Shown here one piece after another: positions 9,622-18,933 of a stretch of 64,000 bases of DNA (positions are counted from its first letter, which is position 1; each line of letters starts with the position of its first letter). The notes under the pieces were generated by a model. That model did not search any database, had not been told where the DNA came from, and saw only the letters and a list, made by a program, of their open reading frames with translations. This stretch comes from Gammaproteobacteria bacterium (GTDB lineage: Bacteria; Pseudomonadota; Gammaproteobacteria; Eutrophobiales; Eutrophobiaceae): contig OZ242265.1 in the NCBI GenBank assembly GCA_965207165.1, positions 809,101-873,100 on the forward strand. The letters run 5' to 3'. Made by a program: the position numbers and the translations under genes.

Positions 9622-11910
9622 ATGAATAACAACAGCTTGAGGTTCGTTCTATCCACATTATGCGTTTTGTTGTTGGGCTGGGGAAACGTATCGGCCCAGG
9701 ACTCATCAACTCTCGAAGAGATTGTCGTCACCGCCACCAAGCGCACCACCGTGCTGCAGGATACTGCCTACAGCGTGCAGGCACTTGGCGCCGATACCTT
9801 AAGGGAACTGGTTGCCGATGACTTTATTGATTTTTTCAGCCAGATAACCTCCCTGTCGCAGTTCGGAGAAGGACCCGGCAACCGCCGTTATTCCATTCGT
9901 AACGTTCAGTCCATCGGCGAACCCCAGGTTGGTCTGTACTACGACGAAATACCCATCGCAGGTCTTCCGGGCGACAACCTGGACTCCGGTTTTGCGCAAA
10001 TGGATTTGAAGCTGTGGGATGTTGAACGCGTTGAAGTGCTCAAAGGACCGCAAGGCACACTCTACGGTCAGGGTTCCATGGGGGGGACACTGCGGGTAAT
10101 CTCGAAACGTCCCGATACGGAGAAGTTTCAGGTCGCGGCACAGACCACTCTGTCGGATACGCGCTACGGCGGTTTTAACTATGGCGTGAACGGCATGGTG
10201 AATGCCCCGATCATCAAGGATACCCTTGCAGTGCGCGCGGCCATCTACCATCGTGATGAAGAAGGTTATATCGACGACATTTCGGCGACTCTGCTGGGCG
10301 TCACCCAGGAACACCGGGAAGATGCTAATTACGAGGAAACAACGGGCGGCAGGATCAGCGTCCTGTTTACCCCCACGGAGGATTTCAGCCTGACGGGCCT
10401 CTATTATTTCCAGCGCATGGATACCGGCGGGCTGTTTGAAACTTTCCCGGAGATTACCACCGGAGACGCTCCTGTTGCGAATATATTTGTCGAAGACATG
10501 TTTGATGATGACGTGGACATGTTCAATGTCATCGCCGATTACGACGGCCTGGACTGGGTGTCGGCAACCTGGACCGGTTCCTACATGGAGCGCGAGATTT
10601 CGCGCTTTGATGATACGACGAGGTTTGTCATCACCGGGGTTTTTGGTTGTAATGAGTTCAATTATTTTATCAGTTGTTTCGGCGCGCCCATCGTGCCTAC
10701 AGTCTCCATGGCGGATGAATCCGTCAAGGCCTGGTCTACGGAGTTTCGCCTGACATCCGAACTCGAAGGCCCGCTCCAGTGGACGGCGGGGTTTTTCTAC
10801 CAGAAAAAACGCACGCACAGAAACGGGCAGGTGGGCATAGTCGACGGAGTAACCGGTGAGGCGACTTTTGATGAGAACCGGGTGCTGCAACGGCGTATTT
10901 TTTCCAGGCAGAACTGGGGACACGCGGAACAGCTTGCCTTCTTTGGCGAACTGGGTTACGAAATCATGGACGGACTGGTTGCAACGGTGGGTCTGCGCTG
11001 GTTCGATACGGACCGCGATGAAGACCAGAACCTGGTACAGCCTTTCTTCGGCAACGTTACCGGGTACCTGCCGACCCAGGAATTTTCAGAAGACAAGTTG
11101 ATTAAAAAGTTTCACCTGTCCTATGAGGTTACCGACGACGCCCTCGTCTATTTCCAGGCTGCAGAAGGATTCCGCCTGGGCGGGCCGAACCAGCCGGGCG
11201 GATTTCAGGCCTCTGCGCCTCCGTTTGATTCCGACTCGCTATGGAATTATGAAATTGGCTGGAAAAGCGCCTGGGCGGACGACAAGGTTATATTCAACGG
11301 TGCGGCTTACTATATCGACTGGTCCGAGATCCAGATTCAGCTTGTGGATAGCACCGGTGCTTTTGACTATATAGGCAACACGGGCGATGCGGAAATATAT
11401 GGTTTTGAGCTGGATACCACGCTGCGGCCGGTGACGGGTCTGGAAATCAGCAGTGGCCTGACATATTCCAGGGCGCGACTGAACGGTGAACAGGAGGCTC
11501 CGACCGGAGGTATATTACCCGTGGATTTACAAGACGGGGACCGGCTGTCTAATGTGCCGGACTGGCAGTTTCATGTTTCCGCCACTTACCGCTTCCCGGT
11601 CCTCGGCAACTACGAGGGCATGTTCAGGGCCGGCTGGAACTATGTCAGCAGTTCCAATACCCAGTTGACGGATATTCTGCAGGATGGCAGCAGAAACCCC
11701 AGCTTTCACCGCAACGGCAGTTACGATCTGGCCAATATACGTGCAGGTATTTCAGGCAACAACTGGGACGCTGCGCTATTCGTCAACAACCTGTTTGATA
11801 ATAACGACACGATGGCGGCACGTCTGGTTGATAATGAGCCGTTGCGTACAGTGACCCCCCGGCCGCGCACAATCGGCGTGCAACTGTCGTACAGCTTTGA
11901 CGGTGAGTGA
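9622..11910 (+). CDS. TonB-dependent outer-membrane receptor
   Basis: Signal peptide from the ATG at 9622, a plug-domain start (EEIVVTATKR) and a long beta-barrel with typical TBDR motifs. Confidence 0.9.
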   Translation: MNNNSLRFVLSTLCVLLLGWGNVSAQDSSTLEEIVVTATKRTTVLQDTAYSVQALGADTLRELVADDFIDFFSQITSLSQFGEGPGNRRYSIRNVQSIGEPQVGLYYDEIPIAGLPGDNLDSGFAQMDLKLWDVERVEVLKGPQGTLYGQGSMGGTLRVISKRPDTEKFQVAAQTTLSDTRYGGFNYGVNGMVNAPIIKDTLAVRAAIYHRDEEGYIDDISATLLGVTQEHREDANYEETTGGRISVLFTPTEDFSLTGLYYFQRMDTGGLFETFPEITTGDAPVANIFVEDMFDDDVDMFNVIADYDGLDWVSATWTGSYMEREISRFDDTTRFVITGVFGCNEFNYFISCFGAPIVPTVSMADESVKAWSTEFRLTSELEGPLQWTAGFFYQKKRTHRNGQVGIVDGVTGEATFDENRVLQRRIFSRQNWGHAEQLAFFGELGYEIMDGLVATVGLRWFDTDRDEDQNLVQPFFGNVTGYLPTQEFSEDKLIKKFHLSYEVTDDALVYFQAAEGFRLGGPNQPGGFQASAPPFDSDSLWNYEIGWKSAWADDKVIFNGAAYYIDWSEIQIQLVDSTGAFDYIGNTGDAEIYGFELDTTLRPVTGLEISSGLTYSRARLNGEQEAPTGGILPVDLQDGDRLSNVPDWQFHVSATYRFPVLGNYEGMFRAGWNYVSSSNTQLTDILQDGSRNPSFHRNGSYDLANIRAGISGNNWDAALFVNNLFDNNDTMAARLVDNEPLRTVTPRPRTIGVQLSYSFDGE

Positions 11911-12767
11911 GGTTCTTGCGCCATATCCTGCTGTTATTGCTGGGGCTGGTTATCGCTTCCGGGTCTTCAGCAGAGCAGAGAAAACCCGAAGATAACGTCA
12001 CTTTCATCGTCGTCGGCAAAAAGGACCATTACCGCCAGGACGAAAACGGTAATCTCAAGTTGCTGAGTTATTTCCTGTTTACCGATGTCGTGCTCACCCG
12101 CGACGGCAGGATGAACCATGCGACGTTCACTGCGCCGAACGGCACCCGTATGTATTACCCGGCAGTGCACGGGCGCAAATCTTCCTATGGTATGCATTTC
12201 GGCCAAAGGCGCTGGATGGACATGGCATTTCCTGACGGCGATTACCGGATCGATATCAGTACGCCGGATGGTGATGTCAGCGGTCTGACACTGAATCTGA
12301 GCGGCGCGGATTTTCCAAAGACGGCGCTAATTACCTTGAAACAGGACGGTAAAGCAGTTCCAGTGAATTCCGTCAATCCGGATATGGACCTCAGCATAAC
12401 CTGGCCGCCGTTCAGCGAGGGCAGGGGGGACAGGAATCCCGTACTGGAGGACATTATCTTCGTGGCGGTGCATGACTGCGACAACAACCGCATCGGTTTT
12501 GGCGGAAGGCCCCGTGACGGCACTCCTTATCTTAATTACCAGGATACCGAATTCACCCTGAGCGCGGATAAGCTGGAAGCGGGCAGGAAATACGCCCTGT
12601 TCGTTGAACATGCGATCCTGGCGGATATCGATGAAAGCACCGGTATTTTCGGCATCGCCAGCTATGCCCCGACCACCTATCTTGATTTTGCCACCACGGG
12701 TGAAAATAAAGGCAAGGCGTGCCCTGACGTTATGCCGCGACTTGAGCCCGGGCAGAGCGATCGGTAG
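11907..12767 (+). CDS. Exported hypothetical protein, translationally coupled to the TonB-dependent receptor
   Basis: GTG start overlaps the receptor stop (GTGA). Has a signal peptide (LLLLLGLVIASGSSA). No family recognised. Confidence 0.55.
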   Translation: MRFLRHILLLLLGLVIASGSSAEQRKPEDNVTFIVVGKKDHYRQDENGNLKLLSYFLFTDVVLTRDGRMNHATFTAPNGTRMYYPAVHGRKSSYGMHFGQRRWMDMAFPDGDYRIDISTPDGDVSGLTLNLSGADFPKTALITLKQDGKAVPVNSVNPDMDLSITWPPFSEGRGDRNPVLEDIIFVAVHDCDNNRIGFGGRPRDGTPYLNYQDTEFTLSADKLEAGRKYALFVEHAILADIDESTGIFGIASYAPTTYLDFATTGENKGKACPDVMPRLEPGQSDR

Positions 12768-12938
12768 GAAACTCTTGGACTGAGCCTCACTCCAGAACTT
12801 CAGTTGCCCCGATCAAGGGAATCAACCTTGAAGAGATTCCTTGAAAGTGATATTGAAGTGTGTCCAATGAAGAGACATTGTCAAGTCATGGCACATGGTC
12901 CACGGCTGACCGTGGGTGAGGCAAAATTATGATCACAC

Positions 12939-13349
12939 CTAACAACTTCCCACCCAATCCTTTATCCTGAGGCCACCAACGCGCATAAATTCTTTCACGT
13001 TATGCGTAACAAGCGTTGCCCCCAGAGTCTTGGCATGCGCTGCTATCAGTAAGTCATACGGACCAATCAAGTTACCGCTTTTTTCAAGCTCAGCGCGCAA
13101 GCTTCCCGCTGTACATGCACATTCCTTTGTCCACTCCATTACTTGAATATACTCGAGAAAATTATTCAGTGTGTACGTGTTTTGTTTTCGTTTTTTTGAT
13201 TTGCTCACACCGTATTGCAACTCATACAAACTGATCGCCGAGATACCCACCTCGTCCACACTGTTTTTTAACAATTGTCGCCGAACGTGAACGGGGGAAT
13301 CATTCATGATGGCAATGGAAGTATCCGTATCCAATAAATATTTAACCAT
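12939..13349 (-). CDS. vapC: VapC PIN-domain toxin
   Basis: LLDTD at the N-terminus, conserved acidic residues and about 135 aa. Located 2 nt downstream of vapB. Confidence 0.85.
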   Translation of the reverse strand: MVKYLLDTDTSIAIMNDSPVHVRRQLLKNSVDEVGISAISLYELQYGVSKSKKRKQNTYTLNNFLEYIQVMEWTKECACTAGSLRAELEKSGNLIGPYDLLIAAHAKTLGATLVTHNVKEFMRVGGLRIKDWVGSC

Positions 13350-13351
13350 GT

Positions 13352-13594
13352 TTAATCCTTTAATACAGTACGAGGCATATCATCAGGCAGTTTTGCACCT
13401 TCAGTGGAAAAATCATCAGATAATGGGGAAGTATCGTCCATAAAGCCTTTCCATGATGTTGGTAACGGTGAGATAACGATGTTTTTTCCTTCTTTTCTAA
13501 TCAGCACTTCATCACTATCCAACCGAAAATCACGGGGCAGCCTCACAGCCTGGCTGTTGCCGCTTTTGAATACTTTTGTTGTTTGCTCATGCAT
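13352..13594 (-). CDS. vapB: VapB antitoxin (AbrB/SpoVT/MazE fold)
   Basis: KVFKSGNSQAVRLP looped-hinge-helix motif, 80 aa, immediately upstream of vapC. Confidence 0.85.
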   Translation of the reverse strand: MHEQTTKVFKSGNSQAVRLPRDFRLDSDEVLIRKEGKNIVISPLPTSWKGFMDDTSPLSDDFSTEGAKLPDDMPRTVLKD

Positions 13595-13618
13595 GAAAAA
13601 TTCCGTCGAATTTATTTG

Positions 13619-13638
13619 GTATATACACTAGTATATAC
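13619..13638. promoter_or_regulatory. Two self-complementary GTATATAC octamers separated by ACTA; candidate VapB operator
   Basis: Read directly from the sequence. Lies 25-44 nt upstream of the vapB start codon in an AT-rich stretch. Confidence 0.45.
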
Positions 13639-13795
13639 ATTCTGCACTCATACATCAAGCGAAAAAACAGCCGCATCATCGTTTGTTTACGGCGTCGCTG
13701 TTATCGGTGGTGGGGAACTATCTCGCGGTGCGTCTTTGCCCATAAATGGGTTAAACTGTAAACTCAAAATCAAATGGTTAAAACGGAGATGACGC

Positions 13796-14116
13796 ATGAA
13801 AACTGTCCTGATTACCTACAACCTTCCCGGTAAACCGCCGCGCCAGGCGATTACGAAAAATTTCGTCGGGGCTGCCAATAGTATTTTCAAGGGCCTCCCG
13901 GGCTTAATGAGCAAACAGTTTTGTTACGATGAGACGACAGGTGATGGTCACTCCGTCTATCTCTGGGAATCACAGGAACAGGCCGAGGAATTCTTTTCAC
14001 CTGCCTTTGTCGAACACTTCCGTGAAGTCTTCGGCGTGGACCCGACAATCACCTATCTCGACATACCGGTGCTGGTGGACAACCGGGTCGGTGATGTTGT
14101 CGTGAACGAAAAGTGA
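13796..14116 (+). CDS. YdhR-like small putative monooxygenase (dimeric alpha/beta barrel)
   Basis: 106 aa; the YLWESQEQAEEFF-type segment and size match the YdhR family. Confidence 0.55.
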   Translation: MKTVLITYNLPGKPPRQAITKNFVGAANSIFKGLPGLMSKQFCYDETTGDGHSVYLWESQEQAEEFFSPAFVEHFREVFGVDPTITYLDIPVLVDNRVGDVVVNEK

Positions 14117-14170
14117 AACAGCTTGCCTGTAAGATATCAGGTTGGCGGCAAATCTGGTGAAGAGGGTATC

Positions 14171-15088
14171 ATGGCAACTCGTTTGTGGACAAAACTAACA
14201 GGTATTCTGTGCGGTAAATCTACATATACACCGCCCAGGGTGTGGACCTGGGGTGCGCCTAGCGGTGGGCAATTCGATAACATCAACCGGCCGGTTGCGG
14301 GCCCCACCCATGAAAAGGAACTGCCTGCCGGCAAACATCCCCTGCAGCTTTATTCACTTGCCACACCCAACGGCGTCAAAGTGACCGTAATGCTGGAAGA
14401 GCTCCTGGACCTGGGGTTTGCCGGGGCTGAATACGATGCCTGGCTAATCGATATCGGGAAGGGCGAGCAGTTCGGCAGCGGCTTTGTCGGGGCTAACCCG
14501 AATTCCAAGATCCCCGCCCTTGTTGACCGCAGCGGCACGACGCCTGTACGCCTGTTCGAATCAGGCGCCATCCTGCTTCACCTGGCGGAGAAGTTCGGCG
14601 CGTTGATCCCTCAGGATCCGTACTTGCGTGCGCAATGCCTGTCCTGGCTGTTCTGGCAAATGGGCAGCGCACCGTATCTCGGCGGCGGTTTCGGGCACTT
14701 TTATGCCTATGCGCCGGAGAAATTCGAATACCCCATCAACCGCTATGCCATGGAAGTGAAACGCCAACTTGACGTGCTCGACCGTCACCTGGCGGATAAC
14801 CGGTATTTCTGCGGCGATGAATACAGCATCGCCGATATTGCCATCTGGCCTTGGTACGGCGCCCTGGTCCTTAACAAGGTCTACAGCGCTGCCGAGTTTC
14901 TCGATGCCGCGTCCTACACCCACCTTAATCGATGGACCGGCGAAATAAGAGAGCGCCCTGCAGTGCAACGCGGCCGCATGGTGAATCGAAGCTGGGGCGA
15001 ACCGGCAGAGCAGTTGCGGGAGCGCCATGATGCGGGCGATTTTGATACCCGCACCCAGGACAAGCTTGAACCTGCCGATAGCCCTTAA
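14171..15088 (+). CDS. yghU: Nu-class glutathione S-transferase (YghU-like)
   Basis: Long stretches match my recollection of E. coli YghU (NINRPVAGPTHEK, LQLYSLATPNG, NPNSKIPAL, GGGFGHFY). ATG at 14171 is preferred over the TTG at 14123 because of the GGTGAAGAGGG Shine-Dalgarno region. Confidence 0.85.
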   Translation: MATRLWTKLTGILCGKSTYTPPRVWTWGAPSGGQFDNINRPVAGPTHEKELPAGKHPLQLYSLATPNGVKVTVMLEELLDLGFAGAEYDAWLIDIGKGEQFGSGFVGANPNSKIPALVDRSGTTPVRLFESGAILLHLAEKFGALIPQDPYLRAQCLSWLFWQMGSAPYLGGGFGHFYAYAPEKFEYPINRYAMEVKRQLDVLDRHLADNRYFCGDEYSIADIAIWPWYGALVLNKVYSAAEFLDAASYTHLNRWTGEIRERPAVQRGRMVNRSWGEPAEQLRERHDAGDFDTRTQDKLEPADSP

Positions 15089-15110
15089 TACCCCAAATAT
15101 CAATTTATTC

Positions 15111-16475
15111 CTAAAAGCTGGTAATCATGACAATAAAGACTACCGGGGGAATAAGGTAGCGCAGCAGGGCGCGCCAGGTACGGAATACGAGTCCGTCGGT
15201 CAACATCAGCTCTTCCCGGGTCGATGCGGCCGTCATTTTCCAGCCGACAAATACCGCGATGAACAAGCCGCCCACCGGCAGCATGACATTGATTGACAGG
15301 AACTCTATGACCTGGAAAACGGTCATCCCGGCGAAATAACCGGTGAATCCCAGTGGATAGAAGTCTTCCCATATGTTGAAGGAAAACACTGTTGCAATTC
15401 CCAGCAGCCAGATCACAAATCCGACTGACAACGTCGATGCAGATCGTCGCAGGCCGGTTTTCTCCATCGTGTAAACCACTACGGGTTCAAGGATGGCAAT
15501 CACCGAGGTCAGTGCTGCGACAACCAGCAGGGTGAGAAATAAAATGCCGAGCAGAATGCCGCCGGTGATCTTGCCGAATGCCAGCGGCAGGGTCAGAAAA
15601 ACCAGGCCGGGACCGGCTGACGGCTCGAGTCCGTTCATGAATACGATGGGAAAAATAGCCAGCCCCGCGCTGATTGCCACGATGGAGTCCATGCAGACTA
15701 TGACCAGGGAGGATCTGGGGATTGAAACATGCGCCGGCAGGTAAGAGCCATAGACCGCCATCGTACAGGAGCCGGCCCCTACGGTAAAAAATGCCTGTCC
15801 TACGGCGCTTAATACTACCGTGCCGGTTATTTTTGAGAAATCAACCGTAAAAAGAAACCTGGCCCCATCCATGAAGCCCCCGTTAACTATGGAGAAGATA
15901 ATCATCAATAACAGGATCACAAATATTAGAGGGGTGAATAGCTTAAAGGCCCTTTCTACGCCCCGGCGCAATCCCAGTGCAACAATGGCCAGCGCCGTTC
16001 CAAGAAAAATCGTGTGCCCGCTCATAAGTGAGACAGGACTGCTCAGGTGTTCATTAAAGATTTCCTGCACCAGGCCGGCAGTAGCGGCATGGAATTCGCC
16101 TCCAGCCATCTTGGGGATATATGCCAGGCCCCAGCCGGCAATCACGCTGTAAAAACTCACCACTACAACCGAGAGGATGATGCCGTTCCAGCCTATAAAG
16201 CGCCATGCCGGTGTTACTTTCATTTCCTTTGCGATAGCGGCCAGGGAGGCAATGGGGCTTTTTCTGCCGCGTCTGCCGATTAACAACTCGGACATGTTGA
16301 TGGGAATCGTCAACAGGAAGATGGAGACCAGGTAGATCATCACGAAGGCGCCGCCGCCGTTGGCCCCGGCAGCGTAGGGGAAGCGCCAGATATTGGCCAG
16401 GCCCACAGCCGAACCCACCGCCGCAAGGATGAATATCATGCGGGACGACCAGATTTCACGGACTGGTGTGGTCAT
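15111..16475 (-). CDS. Sodium-dependent transporter, SNF/NSS family
   Basis: GLANIWRFPY signature and about 11-12 TM helices. Confidence 0.9.
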   Translation of the reverse strand: MTTPVREIWSSRMIFILAAVGSAVGLANIWRFPYAAGANGGGAFVMIYLVSIFLLTIPINMSELLIGRRGRKSPIASLAAIAKEMKVTPAWRFIGWNGIILSVVVVSFYSVIAGWGLAYIPKMAGGEFHAATAGLVQEIFNEHLSSPVSLMSGHTIFLGTALAIVALGLRRGVERAFKLFTPLIFVILLLMIIFSIVNGGFMDGARFLFTVDFSKITGTVVLSAVGQAFFTVGAGSCTMAVYGSYLPAHVSIPRSSLVIVCMDSIVAISAGLAIFPIVFMNGLEPSAGPGLVFLTLPLAFGKITGGILLGILFLTLLVVAALTSVIAILEPVVVYTMEKTGLRRSASTLSVGFVIWLLGIATVFSFNIWEDFYPLGFTGYFAGMTVFQVIEFLSINVMLPVGGLFIAVFVGWKMTAASTREELMLTDGLVFRTWRALLRYLIPPVVFIVMITSF

Positions 16476-16481
16476 AAGTGG

Positions 16482-16982
16482 TTATAGCGGTACGGAGATA
16501 GGGCCCAGTACCGCTTGGCTGTTGATCAGGTCAACGCGTTTGGCTGCGATTTTCAGCTCACCATCGGCGGCTCGAAGCAGGTGTTCGCAACTTCCCGAAT
16601 AAACGGTCTGTATGTCTTTCCGGTACTCAGCGACCTGTAATGCCGAGGAAACCCGGTATTCCTGTCTTGCATCGTCAAAACCATCCACCAGCACGTTGGA
16701 AACGTAATGAACGGTGCGGGAGGGGATGGCCTGGGCGTGATTCTTCGGATGCTTGAGCCAGTGCACGCGCACCCTCAGCATATCGATGTCGTCGTAGATT
16801 ACGGACAGTTCCTTGTCCGGCTGCGACTGTTCGGGTCTCAGCGGCACCCAGTAATACGCGTCTTCCGTAAACAATGCACACCAGTCATCGAATTGTTTCC
16901 TGTCCAGTAATCGTGCTTCGGTATAGAGGAGCGCCTCAACAAGATGCTTGTCACCGGCCGCCATAACCGTCGTACCGGTCAA
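16482..16982 (-). CDS. Aromatic ring-hydroxylating dioxygenase, beta (small) subunit
   Basis: NTF2-like beta-subunit pattern (EARLLD..W..LF..D..YW). Overlaps the alpha-subunit stop by 4 nt. Confidence 0.85.
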   Translation of the reverse strand: MTGTTVMAAGDKHLVEALLYTEARLLDRKQFDDWCALFTEDAYYWVPLRPEQSQPDKELSVIYDDIDMLRVRVHWLKHPKNHAQAIPSRTVHYVSNVLVDGFDDARQEYRVSSALQVAEYRKDIQTVYSGSCEHLLRAADGELKIAAKRVDLINSQAVLGPISVPL

Positions 16983-18277
16983 TTGCCTGACGGGCCGGCT
17001 GCCATGTAGTCACGCCATGCAGCGAACTGGCTGCGCATGGGCAACTCCGAAAAGCCTTCAGCCGTAACGGCGCCGTGTCCGTCGGCGATATCGTCCCCGT
17101 AACCGTTGGCAAACAGGACCCAGTCGCCGGCGGAAGTCGCCAACCCTTCCTGGATATTCGCAAATGTCGTCAGGTCATCCTGCAATATGACGGAGGCCGA
17201 TGAGTTTGTGGCATTGGCAAACTGTACGGCAACCCGCTCGTATACCTGGGGCGCGCCTTTCAAACGGAATACGTAAACGGACACTTCGGTACGGTCAATG
17301 GCGACGGGTCTGAGCACCTTCATGGTCTGGAATATCGACTGCAACATGATCTGCGGATATATGATATTAAAATGGCGGCTGTCATTCAGTATCGTCTCTG
17401 TCCTGTCGACACCGTGACTCTGCACCATGGCTGTTCTGTATTCCTGCTCCGCTTCCCGGCTGACCTTGAGCCTGATGGGTATTGCCGCCAGGAAGCTGTG
17501 CCCATGCTGAAATGCCTTCAGTTTTGATTGGCCCAGCATGCCGGCTGCCTGGTTGTTCCCCGACATGACATCCTCCGCCCGCATCCTGAAATCCTCAAGG
17601 CGTCCCTTTGTGCCTGCTTCGTTGGACGAGGCATGGACAAAAGGCGGGTGGGCGGCATCCGAAATATTTTCCAGTAACAGTTTCCAGTTGCCGGGAAATA
17701 CATGCCTGTGAATACCGGGTATGAGTTCAACAGCGCCTTCCGGAGAGCGGTCCAGCAGGTTGTCGATAGCAGACATCATGGGTCCCAGCGCCTGTTCCAA
17801 CCCCGGTCCGTCGTTACTCAGGTTGACAAAGACAAAGCCCCGGTAATTTGTCATGCGCGGGACGGCTTTCACGTTCAAATCAGCGTCGGCAACGGTGAAA
17901 TCGCCGTAATCGCCGTGCAACGACGAACTGATGAGGCGCCCGTCCGTATCAAACACCCAGCCGTGATAAGGGCAGCGGAACGGTCGCGCATTGCCGCTTT
18001 CCGTCTCACAGATCTTTGCACCGCGGTGGGGGCAGCGGTTGAACAGCACCCTGATCCCGTCCTCATGCCTGACCACGATGAGTGTCTGCCCGGCAAGCTG
18101 CGTGGTGATGAAGTCGCCCGGGAGGGGCACCTGGCTCTCATGTCCTGCGAACAGCCATGAGCGATTGAATATGCGTTGCTGCTCCAGTTCGAATACGGCC
18201 GGGTCGGTATATACCCGGCGATGGACGCGATCTTTCCTGACCAGGTCGCCGAAGTCATCGATGGCAGGCTGTTTCAT
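16979..18277 (-). CDS. Rieske [2Fe-2S] aromatic ring-hydroxylating dioxygenase, alpha subunit
   Basis: Rieske motif CPHRGAKIC...CPYHGW with a catalytic-domain His/Asp pattern downstream. Confidence 0.9.
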   Translation of the reverse strand: MKQPAIDDFGDLVRKDRVHRRVYTDPAVFELEQQRIFNRSWLFAGHESQVPLPGDFITTQLAGQTLIVVRHEDGIRVLFNRCPHRGAKICETESGNARPFRCPYHGWVFDTDGRLISSSLHGDYGDFTVADADLNVKAVPRMTNYRGFVFVNLSNDGPGLEQALGPMMSAIDNLLDRSPEGAVELIPGIHRHVFPGNWKLLLENISDAAHPPFVHASSNEAGTKGRLEDFRMRAEDVMSGNNQAAGMLGQSKLKAFQHGHSFLAAIPIRLKVSREAEQEYRTAMVQSHGVDRTETILNDSRHFNIIYPQIMLQSIFQTMKVLRPVAIDRTEVSVYVFRLKGAPQVYERVAVQFANATNSSASVILQDDLTTFANIQEGLATSAGDWVLFANGYGDDIADGHGAVTAEGFSELPMRSQFAAWRDYMAAGPSGN

Positions 18278-18337
18278 TATTCCCTGATTATATGAAAGAA
18301 TGCTCGGGTTGGTTTAACCGGCACAGATGAAGTAAAT

Positions 18338-18931
18338 ATGATTATGGAGAAATGTCAACGTTTACTTGAACGCCTGTCCCGGGCAAGTGACTGGGTAGGG
18401 AAGGTCAATGCCTGGTTGTTGCTTCCCATGGCCCTGATGGTGATCGCTTCCGTCATTTTCAGCCAGCTCAATCTCAGTCAACTGTTACATTGGGAAACGG
18501 ACCTGCCGCTGCTGGGCCGGCAACTGACGGTTATCAGCGTGGTCGAGCTGCAGTGGCACCTGTTCGGCATTTTTGTCCTGATCGGGGGTAGCTGGGTCCT
18601 GCAACACGACCGGCACATCCGGGTCGACCTGTTTTATGCCCGCTTTTCGCCGCTCTGGCGGAATATCGTGAACCTGGTTGGCGATCTTGCGTTTTTACTG
18701 CCTTTCTGTGCCGTCATATTCTGGTTTTCCCTGGCGATGGTACAGCGTTCGTACCTGGCAGGCGAGGGGTCCGACTACGATGCGCTGATGGATCGTTACC
18801 TGATTAAATCTATTCTGCCTATTGCATTTGGTTTTTTATTTATCAATGGCTTACTTCGTATATCTATTGCAACACTTGAAATAGTACAGATTATACACGA
18901 GGGGAATGACAAGCAGGTGAAAACGGAGTAA
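18338..18931 (+). CDS. dctQ: TRAP transporter small permease (DctQ-type)
   Basis: Four-TM protein immediately upstream of the DctM-type gene (2-nt gap). Confidence 0.8.
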   Translation: MIMEKCQRLLERLSRASDWVGKVNAWLLLPMALMVIASVIFSQLNLSQLLHWETDLPLLGRQLTVISVVELQWHLFGIFVLIGGSWVLQHDRHIRVDLFYARFSPLWRNIVNLVGDLAFLLPFCAVIFWFSLAMVQRSYLAGEGSDYDALMDRYLIKSILPIAFGFLFINGLLRISIATLEIVQIIHEGNDKQVKTE

Positions 18932-18933
18932 CC

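Noticed and set aside
9536-9709. N-terminal 58-codon extension of the PQQ dehydrogenase ORF
   Set aside because: The extension is not signal-like and would bury the clear signal peptide that begins at the ATG at 9535. It also overlaps the start of the divergent receptor ORF.
9799-10923. 374-aa ORF on the minus strand
   Set aside because: It lies entirely antisense to the TonB-dependent receptor gene, which has clear family features (signal peptide, plug, barrel). The product has no recognisable motifs. It is a typical long shadow ORF of GC-rich DNA.
12768-13795. Prophage remnant or integrative element around vapBC
   Set aside because: I could see no integrase, recombinase, tRNA or direct repeats. 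Only the toxin-antitoxin pair itself is AT-rich, so I report it as a small islet only.
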